A stretch of DNA of 64,000 bases from the human T2T-CHM13v2.0 reference genome, Homo sapiens, in assembly GCF_009914755.1 (NCBI RefSeq), contig NC_060944.1. The stretch is one strand, 5' to 3'. This document shows positions 52,215-64,000 of this stretch, one piece after another (within the stretch, counting starts at the first letter, position 1; each line of letters opens with the position of its first letter). Made by a program: the position numbers and the translations under genes. A model generated the notes under the pieces. The model did not search any database and was not told the origin of the DNA. It saw nothing but the letters and a program-made list of their open reading frames with translations.

Positions 52215-53346
52215 TGGGCAGGGACATTGTTTGGTGAGGTGATGTGGAATCAGGCTGGGACAGTGGTTGGTGAGGTGATGTGGAATCGGGCTGGGACAGT
52301 GGTTGGTGAGGTGATGTGGAATTGGGCTGGGACAGTGGTTGGTGAGGTGATGTGGATTCCGGCGGGGACAGTGGTTGGTGAAGTGATGTGGAATCAGGCT
52401 GGGACAGTGGTTGGTGAGGTGATGTGGAATCGGGCTGGGACAGTGGTTGGTGAGGTGATGTGGAATTGGGCTGGGACAGTGGTTGGTGAGGTGATGTGGA
52501 TTCCGGCGGGGACAGTGGTTGGTGAAGTGATGTGGAATCAGGCTGGGACAGTGGTTGGTGAGGTGATGTGGAATCGGGCTGGGACAGTGGTTGGTGAGGT
52601 GATGTGGAATTGGGCTGGGACAGTGGTTGGTGAGGTGATGTGGATTCCGGCGGGGACAGTGGTTGGTGAAGTGATGTGGAATCAGGCTGGGACAGTGGTT
52701 GGTGAGGTGATGTGGAATTGGCCTGGGACATTGTTTGGTGAAGTGATGTGGAATCAGGCTGGGACAGTGATTGGTGAGGTGATGTGGAATAGGGCTGGGA
52801 CACTGGTTGGTGAGGTGATGTGGAATTGGGCTGGGACATTGTTTGGTGAGGTGATGTGGAATAGGGCTGGGACAGTGGTTGGTGAGGTGATGTGGAATTG
52901 AGCTGGGACGGTGGTTGGTGAGGTGATGTGGTATAAGGCTGGGACAGTGGTTGGTGAGGTGATGTGGAATTGAGCTGGGACGGTGGTTGGTGAGGTGATG
53001 TGGAATCAGGCTGGGACACTGGTTGGTGAGGTGATGTGGAATCAGGCTGGGACGGTGGCTGGTGAGGTGATGTGGATTCGGGTGGGGACACTGGTTGGTG
53101 AGGTGATGTGGTCATCCGGCAGGGACGGTGAGTTGGTGAGGTGATGTGGATTCTGACAGGGACAGTGGTTTCTGAGGTGATGTGGATTCGGGTGGGGACA
53201 CTGGTTGGTGAGGTGATGTGGTCATCCAGTGGGGACAGTGGTTGGTGAGGTGATGTGGAATTGGGCTGGGATAATGTTTGGGTGAGCTGATGTGTAATTG
53301 GGCGGGGACAGTGGTTAGGTGAGATGGTGTGGTCATCAGGCTGGGA
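52215..53346. repeat. VNTR, 36-bp unit x~31, with a 144-bp higher-order repeat in the left half
   Basis: ggctgggacagtggttggtgaggtgatgtggaatcN; variant order aatcag/aatcgg/aattgg/attccg repeated three times. Confidence 0.97.
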
Positions 53347-54317
53347 CCCTCTGCTGTGACTGAGACCCGTGTGTATTGTCACTCCCGGGAGGCTTCCCGG
53401 AGGTGGTGACATTGTGTGTGATCAGCATGTGTTAGTAAGTTTGGTGCATTCAAAGACCAACTCTGAGTCCATTGCCTCAGCCCCAGGGTAGCCCAGGTGA
53501 TGCCAGGAGGGAGGGGCTACAGGGTTTGCAGTTCTGGGTTGGAAAGGCCGAGGCCAAGGAAGGAGTGTGGACCCAATCGGCTGCCCACTTAGTGTCCCCG
53601 CCCAAGCATTCACTGTCTTTACTGAAGAGCCTCCTGGAGCAGGTCTGCTGCATGTCTCTGTTCCTGTTCGGAGTGCTCTGAGCGTTGGACCTGAGCTTTG
53701 GAGGACGGGGGGAGTTTCTCCAGGTGGACCTGGCAGAATGAGAGGAGGGCGGGGACAACTCAAAGACCACCCCCCACCCACCGACCAGGGAGAGTGTCCA
53801 CCTCTCCTCACAATGGACTTGCTGCGAGTCCTCATTGGGGAGTTTGGTGATGGCATAGCCTTCCTGAAGGAGACAAGGGAAAGTGGCCTTAGGTTTTCCA
53901 GAGTCTGTGAGGTTTCAGGGAAAAGCCAGGTCCAAGCAGAGGCATTTCTGGAGCTGCCGGGAGGGGCATGTCCTGAGAGGGGCACACTTGGGGGCCACAG
54001 CCTTGCAGACCCCCCGCCCCAGGGCTGAGCCCTCTAGACTTTCCAGAGGCCCAGCCCTTCCTGGGTCGAGATGAACTCACAGAATGATTTTAGCATTTGG
54101 TACCTTTTCCTTTTCCTTCTGAGAGTGATGCCACCTCTCACAGCTCCCGGAAGTGCATGGCCACCGAGTCCCTCCCCACCCCTCGGCCAGCAGGGACATG
54201 ATTTACCGCTAGATTTGGTCTCCAGAAGCCCCTTCACACTGACTCTGCCCTGAGACTTCCAAATACTGGGTTGTGACCAATCCCAGGACTCGGGGAAGCA
54301 AGAGCAGTAAGAATTCA

Positions 54318-54545
54318 GTGTGTGTGTGCAAGTGTGTGTATGTGCGTGTGCATATGTGTGTGTATGTATTTGTGTGGATGTGTGTGTGCAAGTGGATGTG
54401 TGTATGTGTGTGTATTTTTGTGTGTGCATGTGCATATGTGTGTGTATTTGTGTGGATGTGTGTGTGCAAGTGGATGTGTGGATGTGTGTGTGCGTGTGCA
54501 TGTGTGTCTGTGTGTATGTGTGTGCATGTGTAGTGTGTGTGCATA
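54318..54545. repeat. TG-rich array
   Basis: (TG)n with a ~90-bp internal duplication (gtatttgtgtggatgtgtgtgtgcaagtggatg twice). Confidence 0.95.
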
Positions 54546-54579
54546 CGTTATAGATGTAGATATTAGGGACATATATGTA

Positions 54580-54918
54580 CAGTCACACTTCACTTAATGA
54601 CAGGGACATACTCTGAGAAATGCGTCAGCAGCTGATTTCATCACCGTACAAACATCAGAGTGAACTGATGCAAACCTACATGGTCCAGCCTTCTGCACCC
54701 CTCGGCTTCATGGTAGAGCCTGTTGCTCCAGGCGGCAAACCTGTCCATCCTGTGACTGGACTGGGTACTGCAGACAGCAGTAACAATGGTATTTATGGAG
54801 CTAAACAAATCTAAACACAGAAAAGGGACAGTAAAAATACAGCATTCTGATCCCACGGGCCCACCACCGTGTCTATGGTCTGTCACTGGTGGAGACGTCC
54901 TTACGCAGCACATGACTG
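54580..54918. mobile_element. Tigger3a/MER7A-like TcMar-Tigger non-autonomous DNA transposon
   Basis: TA|cagtca...ttaatgacaggga...ctgagaaatgcgtc...agcctgttgctcc...acagtaaaaatac...catgactg; ~340 bp with terminal inverted repeats. Confidence 0.85.
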
Positions 54919-55145
54919 TGTATCGCACACCTGTCTATGTGTGTATGTGTATATATGCATGTATGTTTGAGTCCTTAAAATAAACTAGCACCCATGACAG
55001 CCTACTGAGCACTTTTGTGTATTATCGGAATCTGCAAAGAAATAAACCCTTGCTGTTTTTGCCAAGGACGTAAAATTCTTCACCTTGTCTTAGAGCAAGG
55101 AAATTTCCAGACATTAGGTAAAACCAGGTCCAATGAGGGGTAAAG

Positions 55146-55365
55146 ATGTGTGTGTGTATGTGTGTGTCTGTGTGTATGCATGTGTGTGTCTGTGTGTGTC
55201 TGTATGTATGTGTGTATGTATGTGTGTCTGCATGTATGTGTTTATATGTGTCTGTATATGTTTGTGTGTATGTCTATGTGTGTATGTGTGTATGTGTGTG
55301 TATGTATGTGTGTGTCTGTATGTGTGTCTTTGTGTGTGTGTGTGTGTCTGTGTGTGTGTGTATGT
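55146..55365. repeat. TG/TATG-rich array
   Basis: (TG)n with tatg/tctg interruptions. Confidence 0.95.
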
Positions 55366-56779
55366 AACTTGTTTTTATATTTGTTTTCATCACCTATGTG
55401 CTCAACTTGAATCAAGGAATTTATCAGAGGAATATTTATTATTTCCAAAGGCATCAAGGTATTTTATTTTTGTTCTGGTTAACATCTTCTTAAAGAGATC
55501 TGTTTGAAATAGATAGACTGACATAAGACTAATCTCCCTTTAGGCTTAAAAGAGAAAGGATGAGAAAAAGTCCTGGCCTCTTAAATCACGTGAATTTGCT
55601 TTTACTGTGGGCACATTTTGTGCCACGTTTCCTAATAAGCATTTATTAATTGGACCAGGAAATTTTCTCAGATCTGTGTCCGTGCGAGCAAATCCCCAGG
55701 CACGGAAGTGTGATGGGGCAGGGGCAAGTTTATAACAACTTTATACCATTGCAAAAGCACATCTGTGTGCCATATGACTCCATTTGCGGCTACTCATACA
55801 CATTTCTGCAGCAATTGATCAGAAACATTGATTTAGATTCTATTTTAATACTCTGTTTTCTACTAGCAAGCAAGCTTTTTTGTTTTTTGTTTTTTGTTTT
55901 TTTTTTTGCAAATGCTAGATAGGACCTCAGAAATGCCCGTGTGGATATTGGTCAAAAGTTAGCACATTTTCCTGAAAGCCTTGAAGCTAGTTGTGTGAGG
56001 AGGTTTATGAAAGGAGAATTTTTTTCCAGTTATCCAATTAAAATGATCCATGAGCTCAGCCAGCCCCAGGATGGAGAGGAGGGAGAATGCCAGCTGGGTC
56101 TCGAATGGCTATTTTGGGATCTACAGGGACTCTGTTAACTGATCACCGGCTCACCTGGTCACAGCTCAGCCTGGTGACAATCAGAGAGGCCAGTCACTTT
56201 CAAGGCACACCACAGTATATCAGATGCTTCCCTGTGATGAAGGCGGGTACGAGCAGTCACTCCAGGCCTGTCCCTGATGCTTTCCTGTGATGAAGGCCAG
56301 TGCAGGGGGCCACGTCGGGCCTGTTCCTGGGCTGTGCTGCCTCCCTGGTCTCCTTTCACAGGCAGATTCTGTGGACTGCCTGCTCTGCTCCAATGCTGTG
56401 CTGGAAATGTGGGGGAGGCCTGGGGAGTGTGTAAGGGGAGCGGCTTTAGCTTGACTTCTGATGAAACTGCATAGGATCTTTGAGCAAAGGTAATTCTGTG
56501 GGTGGGGCAGCGAGCAGATGACCACGTGTGGGCTTGAGTCCCCAAGGCCGAAGGCACTGGTCATGCTTGGCCTCTGCCACTCAGCACCTGCTCCACAGTG
56601 CCTGCTGCCCAGCCCACCTGCCTCCTCTGCCCTGCGTCCGCTCCACTGCAGCCTTTTAGAGCGTGGATCACTCTCTAGAATTGTGTTTATTTATTTCCTT
56701 GGAATTTTCAGCCTTCCTGAGCTACAGCGTTAGAGGGCAAAGGCCTGGTCTCATCCACCTGGGCATCCCCAGCACCTAG

Positions 56780-57236
<457 letters not shown>

Positions 57237-59512
57237 CAGACACTCATAAAGGCACCGTTTCCTAAACGTGCAGGGTGTCGGGAAGAGGCGCAGGTAGAGT
57301 GGGAAGGAGGAAGCCACACTGACTTGCCTGGCATTCTTTATGGACCAGGCACTGCTGTTTCTACTCCCTCCTTTACGGAGGAGCTACAGGCACTGGTTCT
57401 GCATCAACACTGCTGGACTGTGCCCCTTCCCAGGCTTGAGGCGGAGGAGAAAATCACTTCGCAGGGTGGTCAAGGTGCAGCTTTCAAGATGACCCTTTGA
57501 CTGAGGGAAATGAGGAGGTAAACATATCTTTAAATCATCCTTGCCAGATAAAATGTGAATTTGGATTTCAAACTGGAAAAGAGAATGCTTTCTCGGATGG
57601 AGGCTGTGCACCTTGGGGATGCCAGGGCTCACCCAAGATAATGAGCACACTTGGAGGAAGGCTGAACTGGGGTTCTGGGATAGAAGTAAAAACTCCTAAA
57701 AACAGGCACCTCCAGGAGGAGGGGCTGCCAGCCCCACAGTTGGACACAGGGGTGTGAGGGTACCTTAGATTTCCAGTCTCCTGCGTGCTTTAGAGATGAG
57801 AAGCCACTCCTGTCTCCTGGCACCGTGAAGAGGAGATTAGCAGGCGGTTTTCTCCTCTGCACGGGAGCCACCTTCACAAGCCTGCTCTGCCGAGCGCTGG
57901 CGATACGCGGCAGATAGTGCTGACAGAAGCCGAAGTGAAATGTCATAGCTTCAGATCCCGTGCGCCGCCGGAGAGCTGGAATGAGGCCTGTTGTGCCTTC
58001 AGAGACTAACAGCTAAATCCTTCATTCTTTCAGCTCCCAGCATATGGCATGAAGTAGGGAGTGAAAGATAGATTTCTTTGGATAGGTGCAGAAAATATGT
58101 GCAACGTTTTCACTGCCTGGCTGCATAGAAGGATCAAAACAGCCATGTTTTCTGAGAGCAGAATTTGAATGCTTTGAAGCCGTGCCTCCAGATTGGTAAT
58201 GTTGATTCAGAATTAATACCTACTTAGAGTAATTAGCAACTTATGCAGTAGGCACAGAGGTCACCGAACAAGGAGAGGATTAACTGAAGACACATACCCT
58301 GCCTCTGCCGGAGGTTACAGGCCAGTTGCCCGCAGAGGCGTCCTGCCCGGGAGGCATGAACCAGCTTCACTTCATTCTTCTTGCTGGCCCTGCTGCTGTG
58401 GGTATCAGATGTATTCCACGGGGCCCTGCAAACTCACACCATCAGACCCGAACGAGGGTCTGAACTGTCCTGGAGCTCAGGTTGCTCAGGAGAAACTGAG
58501 TACAGTCTAGGGGTGCCCAGCAAGCCCCTTTCCATGGTGCCTCTCATCCTTGAGCCTGAGATCACCACAGAGAGGGCATGTCTCGCTCTGGGTCTAGCCA
58601 CAGAGGAATCCGAGGTCTGCCATCAGCTCGGGACCTTGTGAGGTTCCACATGGCGGTGCTTTTGTGCTGGGGACAACAGGAGAGAGCAGTGAACCCCTGG
58701 ATCCTCCAGCACGTCCCACAGGGGAGGTCAAAAATGCAGGGAGGCAGTCACAGTGTCTGAGAGAGGAGCTTCGACTTGGAAAATGGTGAGCCCTGGCATC
58801 TCATCTAGCTGGGGACGCTCGGTTCCCTCGGAATTTGCACCAACCTCCTTCGTCCGATCCTTCCCCTCTCTGCAGTTGGACTGCTGAGCTGGGCTTTGCC
58901 CCAGTGACTTGGCCGCCACACTGAGCTACACAGCAGGAAAGGATGCAGCTCCTCCTGTGGGGTCTCCAGGCCCGGCCTCACCCACCCGCTGCCAGGCCTC
59001 AGGCACCCGACCAGCCCCCTCCATGAGGCTCCTCTTCCATGAGGCCCCTCCTCCTCCAGGCCCTGGTTCTGCCAGCTGGGCTGCACCTCCTAGCCTACAG
59101 GTCTGTCCCACCTGCGTTTCCTGAGCCCCTCTTGCAAGCCTCACATCCATGTCAGCACAGAGACAGATCTAAAGAGGAAGGGGCCATGTCTGTGCCAGGC
59201 TGGATTGTGGGCCCCTCCCACACATGCCTTGGTCTACCAACCAGGTATGCTTGAAGGAAGCAGAAGGAAAGAATGAGAACCGCCCCCCACAAACCAACAA
59301 GGCCGACTCGGGCACAGAAGGAAGCTCCGAGGCCTTTACAGGGCTGAGCCAGGGGCAGGGCCTGGGGCCCAGATGTCCAGTACCTCAGGGACTCTTTCTC
59401 CTGGGCGCAGGAGGAACTGGGAGGCAGGTGCAGCACCCCTGGTGAGACTTGGGCTGAGGATGCTAGAGAGGGGCGGGAATGGATGTGAAAGTGTGGTCAA
59501 GACTAGCACTGG

Positions 59513-59567
59513 CTGAGCGCCAGCTGTGTACTGAGCACCAGCTGTGTACTGAGCGCCAGCTGTGTAC
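59513..59567. repeat. 18-bp tandem repeat x3
   Basis: ctgagcRccagctgtgta at 59513, 59531, 59549. Confidence 0.9.
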
Positions 59568-59777
59568 AGCAGAGCTCACTCCTCCACAACATGGTCCTTA
59601 AGACGGGACCGGGGCTGAGATCCCAGCAGGCCAGTGCCTGGGTCAGGGAGGGCAGGAGCTGAGGCTTGAGGGGGTACTCTGGCCCAAGTCCACCCTCTGA
59701 CCCACTACCCTCCATGGTCCATGGGGCTGCCCTGGCCCAGGGCTCTAGAACATACTACCAGGGAGGTGGCAGAGGAG

Positions 59778-60183
59778 AGTGGGCTGAATGGAGGCCCCCA
59801 AAACATACATCCATGTCCTCACCCCCAGAACCCATGAATAGGACATTACTTGGAAAAAGAGTGTTTGAAGATGTGATGGAATTAAGAATCGCAAGATGAG
59901 ATCATCCTGGGTGATCTAGGCGCACCCTAAATCCAATGGCAGGGGTCCTTACGAGAGACGCACAGAATGCAGTTGGGGAAAAGAGAGTAAGGCCGCAAGA
60001 AGACAGAGGCCGAGACTGGACTAATGCAGCCACAAGTAAGGAATGTCCGGAGCTCCCAGGGGCTGGAAGAGGCTGGAAGGGCCCTCCCCTAGAGCCTTCG
60101 GAGGGAGCATGGCCCTGCACACACCTTGATCTCAGACTTCTGAAATCAAGAATGTGTTGCAGCAGCCCCGGGAAGCTAACATA
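59778..60183 (+). mobile_element. MLT1C-like solo LTR
   Basis: 'tgggctgaatggaggcccccaaaa...ttacttggaaaaag...atgagatcatcctgg...ccctaaatccaatg...cccctagagccttcggagggagcatggccctg...gcagccccgggaagctaacata'. Confidence 0.88.
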
Positions 60184-60371
60184 GGAGGCCCCAATTGCAA
60201 ACATTCGGATGTGCGGATGAAGGATCCTAGGGGTTCCTGGGGCCTGAGAATGAGGACGAAAGATGGAAAGGATGGAAGATGCTGATGAGAAGCCCAGTTC
60301 ATAGGGCCCACACCCAGGCGAGTCTGGATCCTTAGGAAAAGAACATCAGATGGCACAGAAATAAGACAGAA

Positions 60372-60887
<516 letters not shown>

Positions 60888-61694
60888 TCACCTGTCCACC
60901 TGCCCAGGAGACGCTTCTACCCATTCCCACACCCGGGTCTCTCAACCCTCCCATCTGTTTCTTCTCTTTTGCGGAGTAAGTGCCTCCCTGCAGAGCCAGG
61001 GCTGGGCAGCAGAAGTCAGAGATGGAGCCAGGAGAAGAGGGTTCTGGCCTGGCCGGCCATTCCTTGGCTGTTTTGCTCAGGCTCCTCACTGAGCTGGCAC
61101 CATCTTGGGCCTGTCTCACACTGCCACACTGCCCGAGACAGCAGCCATTAGCCGCACGTTGCTGGACAGCACAGACCTGGCACGTGTCGTCCACCCTCGG
61201 AGGGGTCCCCTTGCACGGGCTCCACTCCGGACGGTCCCTGAGACTCTCCCGCCCTCACGCCTGCTCTCTAAGCCAAGCACAAAGCCAAGTGCAGCCCCCA
61301 CTGACCATTCCAGCCCATGCCGGCGTCTGCCCCAGGCCCCAGATCCGTCCTGCTGGTGCGATTGAGGGCACAGAGTCGAGCCTTCAAGTAGGTCTTCTAA
61401 TATGGCTCCATTCATGCAGAAACCTCCCAGTGGGGCTGTGCCAGGCACTTGGAAAGTGGGAGCCGCAGCCCTGCCGTCCGGGTGCTTCCCATTCAGGGGA
61501 AGCAAGTCAGAAACCAAGGCAAGGAGCTCATTCCCGGGGCTGGTGACTGCAGGTGCCCGCAGAGGGCACGGGGGACGTGCCCTTGGTCAGGCGGTCAGCA
61601 GCAAAGGCCTCTCCCAGGAAGGCACCTGAGCTGGGACTGGTGGGCTTGCAATTGTGTCCTGGAGTGGGTCTAGGAGAATACGCTAGAGCCTGTC

Positions 61695-61845
61695 TCCAGC
61701 CTTGGTGCTGCCGACATGTGGGGCCAGAGTCTCAGCTGTGGGGCGTGCACTGTGGGGTGCTCAGCAGATCCCTGGTCCCCACCCAGTAGACCCCCCCGCA
61801 GTGTGACAACCAAGGAGATCTCCAGACATTGAGAACCTCTGGGGG
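61695..61845. mobile_element. MER20-like hAT fragment
   Basis: 'gtgcactgtggggtgctcagcagatccctgg...acccagtaga...gtgtgacaaccaa...tctccagacattg'. Confidence 0.7.
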
Positions 61846-62806
61846 TCACTGCTGGAAGGAAGGAACCCGAGCTTGGATGTGCTTAGCCTTTTGTGTCCGC
61901 CTGATATCGGGCTGCCTTGGGGCATGGGGCTGAGAGTTCGGAGTGTGTTAAACCAGTAACTGACTGAGGGCAGCTTGATAAGCTACTCACTTCGCATATG
62001 CAAGGATATCCCCACCTTTGGTGGTTGCATCCCGTTACAGATTCACCCACTTTATGCTACACAAGAATGGCCGCTGGCAGGTCCCCACAGTGGCTGGTCA
62101 TGTGGAACGTGTTTACAGTGTCTTTATCTGGAGAAAGATGACTTTTCTGTTCTCATTACAGCCTCGGCCATGGACATGATTTGTTAGAACCTTACTATGA
62201 AGTGTGTGGTGGCGCACAGGCGCTCTGACCTTCTCCGTATCCCTGCATTTAATTAGCTGGTCATCCTGTCCTTCGGTAAAGGTCACGGTGGCTGTAAATG
62301 CATTTGGGGGGATGCTGGCCAGCATGCGGCCTGGCTGATGAGGGGGCAGAGAGGCAGGGTCTGTGGTGCTCACACCTCGAACGCCCCCAGTCATCACAAG
62401 CCCCCCCAGTGCAGGGCGGGCACTGGGGCTCCCTGGGCTAGTGACAGGGCCACGGTTGCCAGGTCAGCGGGCACAGCCAGCTGCCCCTCTCCACAGCTCT
62501 GCCCAGGAGCACTGTTCACCGTGGGTAAGCAACCCCAAGTGGCTAATTAGGATATGTGGCAGCAGCACTTTCTGGCTCTCCGAGTTGTTGTCCACTCGAG
62601 AAAGTGTTATTTTCAACAGATTGCTTCTCACACAGCTTCCTGCCAAGTCATGTCCCCAGGCTGGATGACATCACCCCACTCAACCTTTCTCGAGCCTGTG
62701 TAGTTGTTTCGTGGAGGTCACTGTGTCGTTAGCGTCAAAAGGAAAACAGAGCTGAAGACAAATTAGAGGGGAAGAAAGAGTCTGAGCGGGAGCAGGCCTG
62801 CTGCTG

Positions 62807-62871
62807 GGGGCTTTCACCGCGGACCCGGGGCTTTCACCGCTGACCCGGGGCTTTCACCGCTGACCCGGGGC
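62807..62871. repeat. 20-bp tandem repeat x3
   Basis: ggggctttcaccgc(g/t)gaccc. Confidence 0.92.
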
Positions 62872-63655
62872 ACACACATGTCGTGACCAGCCTGTAAGAA
62901 CATCTTCACTTCCAAGGGCTCAGCTGCATGGGCTGGCAATGGCTGAGTGAGTACAAACCAAACAGTGAGGCCAGGGGTTTCCACTGTTGGGGGGCCCCAT
63001 GTCAAGCCCAGGAAGTGTCAAAATGTGAGCAGGTGGCTGCTGAGGAACGAGGCTCACAGCGCCGGAGCTGCAGGTATCCGTGCAGGCGTGCACTCGGAAC
63101 ACCCCACCCCCGGGGACAAGGAAGGGGGCCTCTGGTCAGAGGATGTGGTGGCTTCCCTTCTCCTGGTGCCTCAAAGGTCCCAGAGGGTGGAATGCGCCAT
63201 GTCCTGTCCCCTTCACTCCAGCCGTGAGCTCTGCCTGCTCTTGCCTTCAAAGACTGATTCACAGTGAGGGAGGCCCAGTTCTGCCCGCAGACATACATTC
63301 CCTAGATCTGCACGTCAGGGGAGCGCTCAGCATCGACAGGGAAGACAGTTTTTTCATTGTCAGCCGTTCTGACTGGCCGGGTAGGAAATATGCCTGCGTG
63401 GCTGGTCACGTCTCCTGCATCTGGGATATATTCTTGGTCTGTCCTTGGGCTTATATTAGACTCTTGGGGTCAGGCCTTCCTTGAAAAACGTGTGGATCAG
63501 AAACTTGGTCTTTCTTTACTCCAGCGCATGACAGAAGTTCCTTGGTAGCACGTCAGCCCAGAGGGCAGGAACCCAGAGAGGTCTCAGGGTTGTCACCCCA
63601 GCAAGGGACCCGCTGTGTCATCAGCCTCCGTGCATGCCTGGTCAGTGAAAGAATG

Positions 63656-63783
63656 TCACCCCGTACGGCCTCACTGTGGGGCCACACATCACCCCATACA
63701 GCCTCACTGTGGGGCCACACGTCACCCCATACGGCCTCCCTGTGGGGCCACACATCACCCTAAACGGCCTCACTGTGGGGCCA
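63656..63783. repeat. VNTR, 33-bp unit x~4, followed by (tcttcatg)-like low complexity
   Basis: tcaccccRtacRgcctcactgtggggccacac. Confidence 0.92.
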
Positions 63784-64000
63784 TGTCTGTCTTCATGGGT
63801 GTCTTCTTCATGTCTTCTTCATGTCTGTCTTCATGGCCCAGGCCTGGGGCAGAGCCGGGGTTGCCGGCTCAGCGGGTGAGTGCCACATGAGTCTTGCCTT
63901 CAAAGCTGGAGTGCCTGATCTTGACAGCGGACCGACATCTTCAAGGGAACGGCGGCTCCCCCCTTTTTTGCAGAACACTTTCAAAGGTGTATTCGTGTTC

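Noticed and set aside
53567-54028. Protein-looking stretch (MDLLRVLIGEFGDGIAFLKET...)
   Set aside because: No family recognised and no convincing flanking splice sites; cannot be supported without a homology search.

Overview
64 kb of GC-rich, repeat-dense hominid (human-like) genomic DNA. I can recognise no protein-coding exon, RNA gene or CpG-island promoter, so it looks like the interior of a very large intron or an intergenic block. The listed ORFs are by-products of Alu/SVA elements, VNTRs and microsatellites. Interspersed repeats: one near-full-length antisense SVA, five Alus, several MaLR/ERV1 solo LTRs (one nested MST-in-MLT1 insertion), hAT and Tigger DNA transposon fossils, and MIR/L2/L1M fragments. 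Tandem repeats are unusually dense: VNTRs with units of about 18 to 66 bp, three large GGAT/GATA arrays and three TG-rich arrays. Best-supported novelty: the SVA carries a ~58-bp 3' transduction with its own AATAAA and a second poly(A) tail inside the target-site duplication. Other leads: a ~150-bp dispersed duplication, a 36-bp VNTR with a 144-bp higher-order repeat and an uninterrupted 403-codon mucin-like antisense ORF, a hairpin-bearing 13x52-bp VNTR, candidate UG/UGCAUG-flanked cryptic exons, and strand asymmetry suggesting + strand transcription. Subfamily calls come from recalled consensus motifs, not a database search, and boundaries of old elements are approximate.
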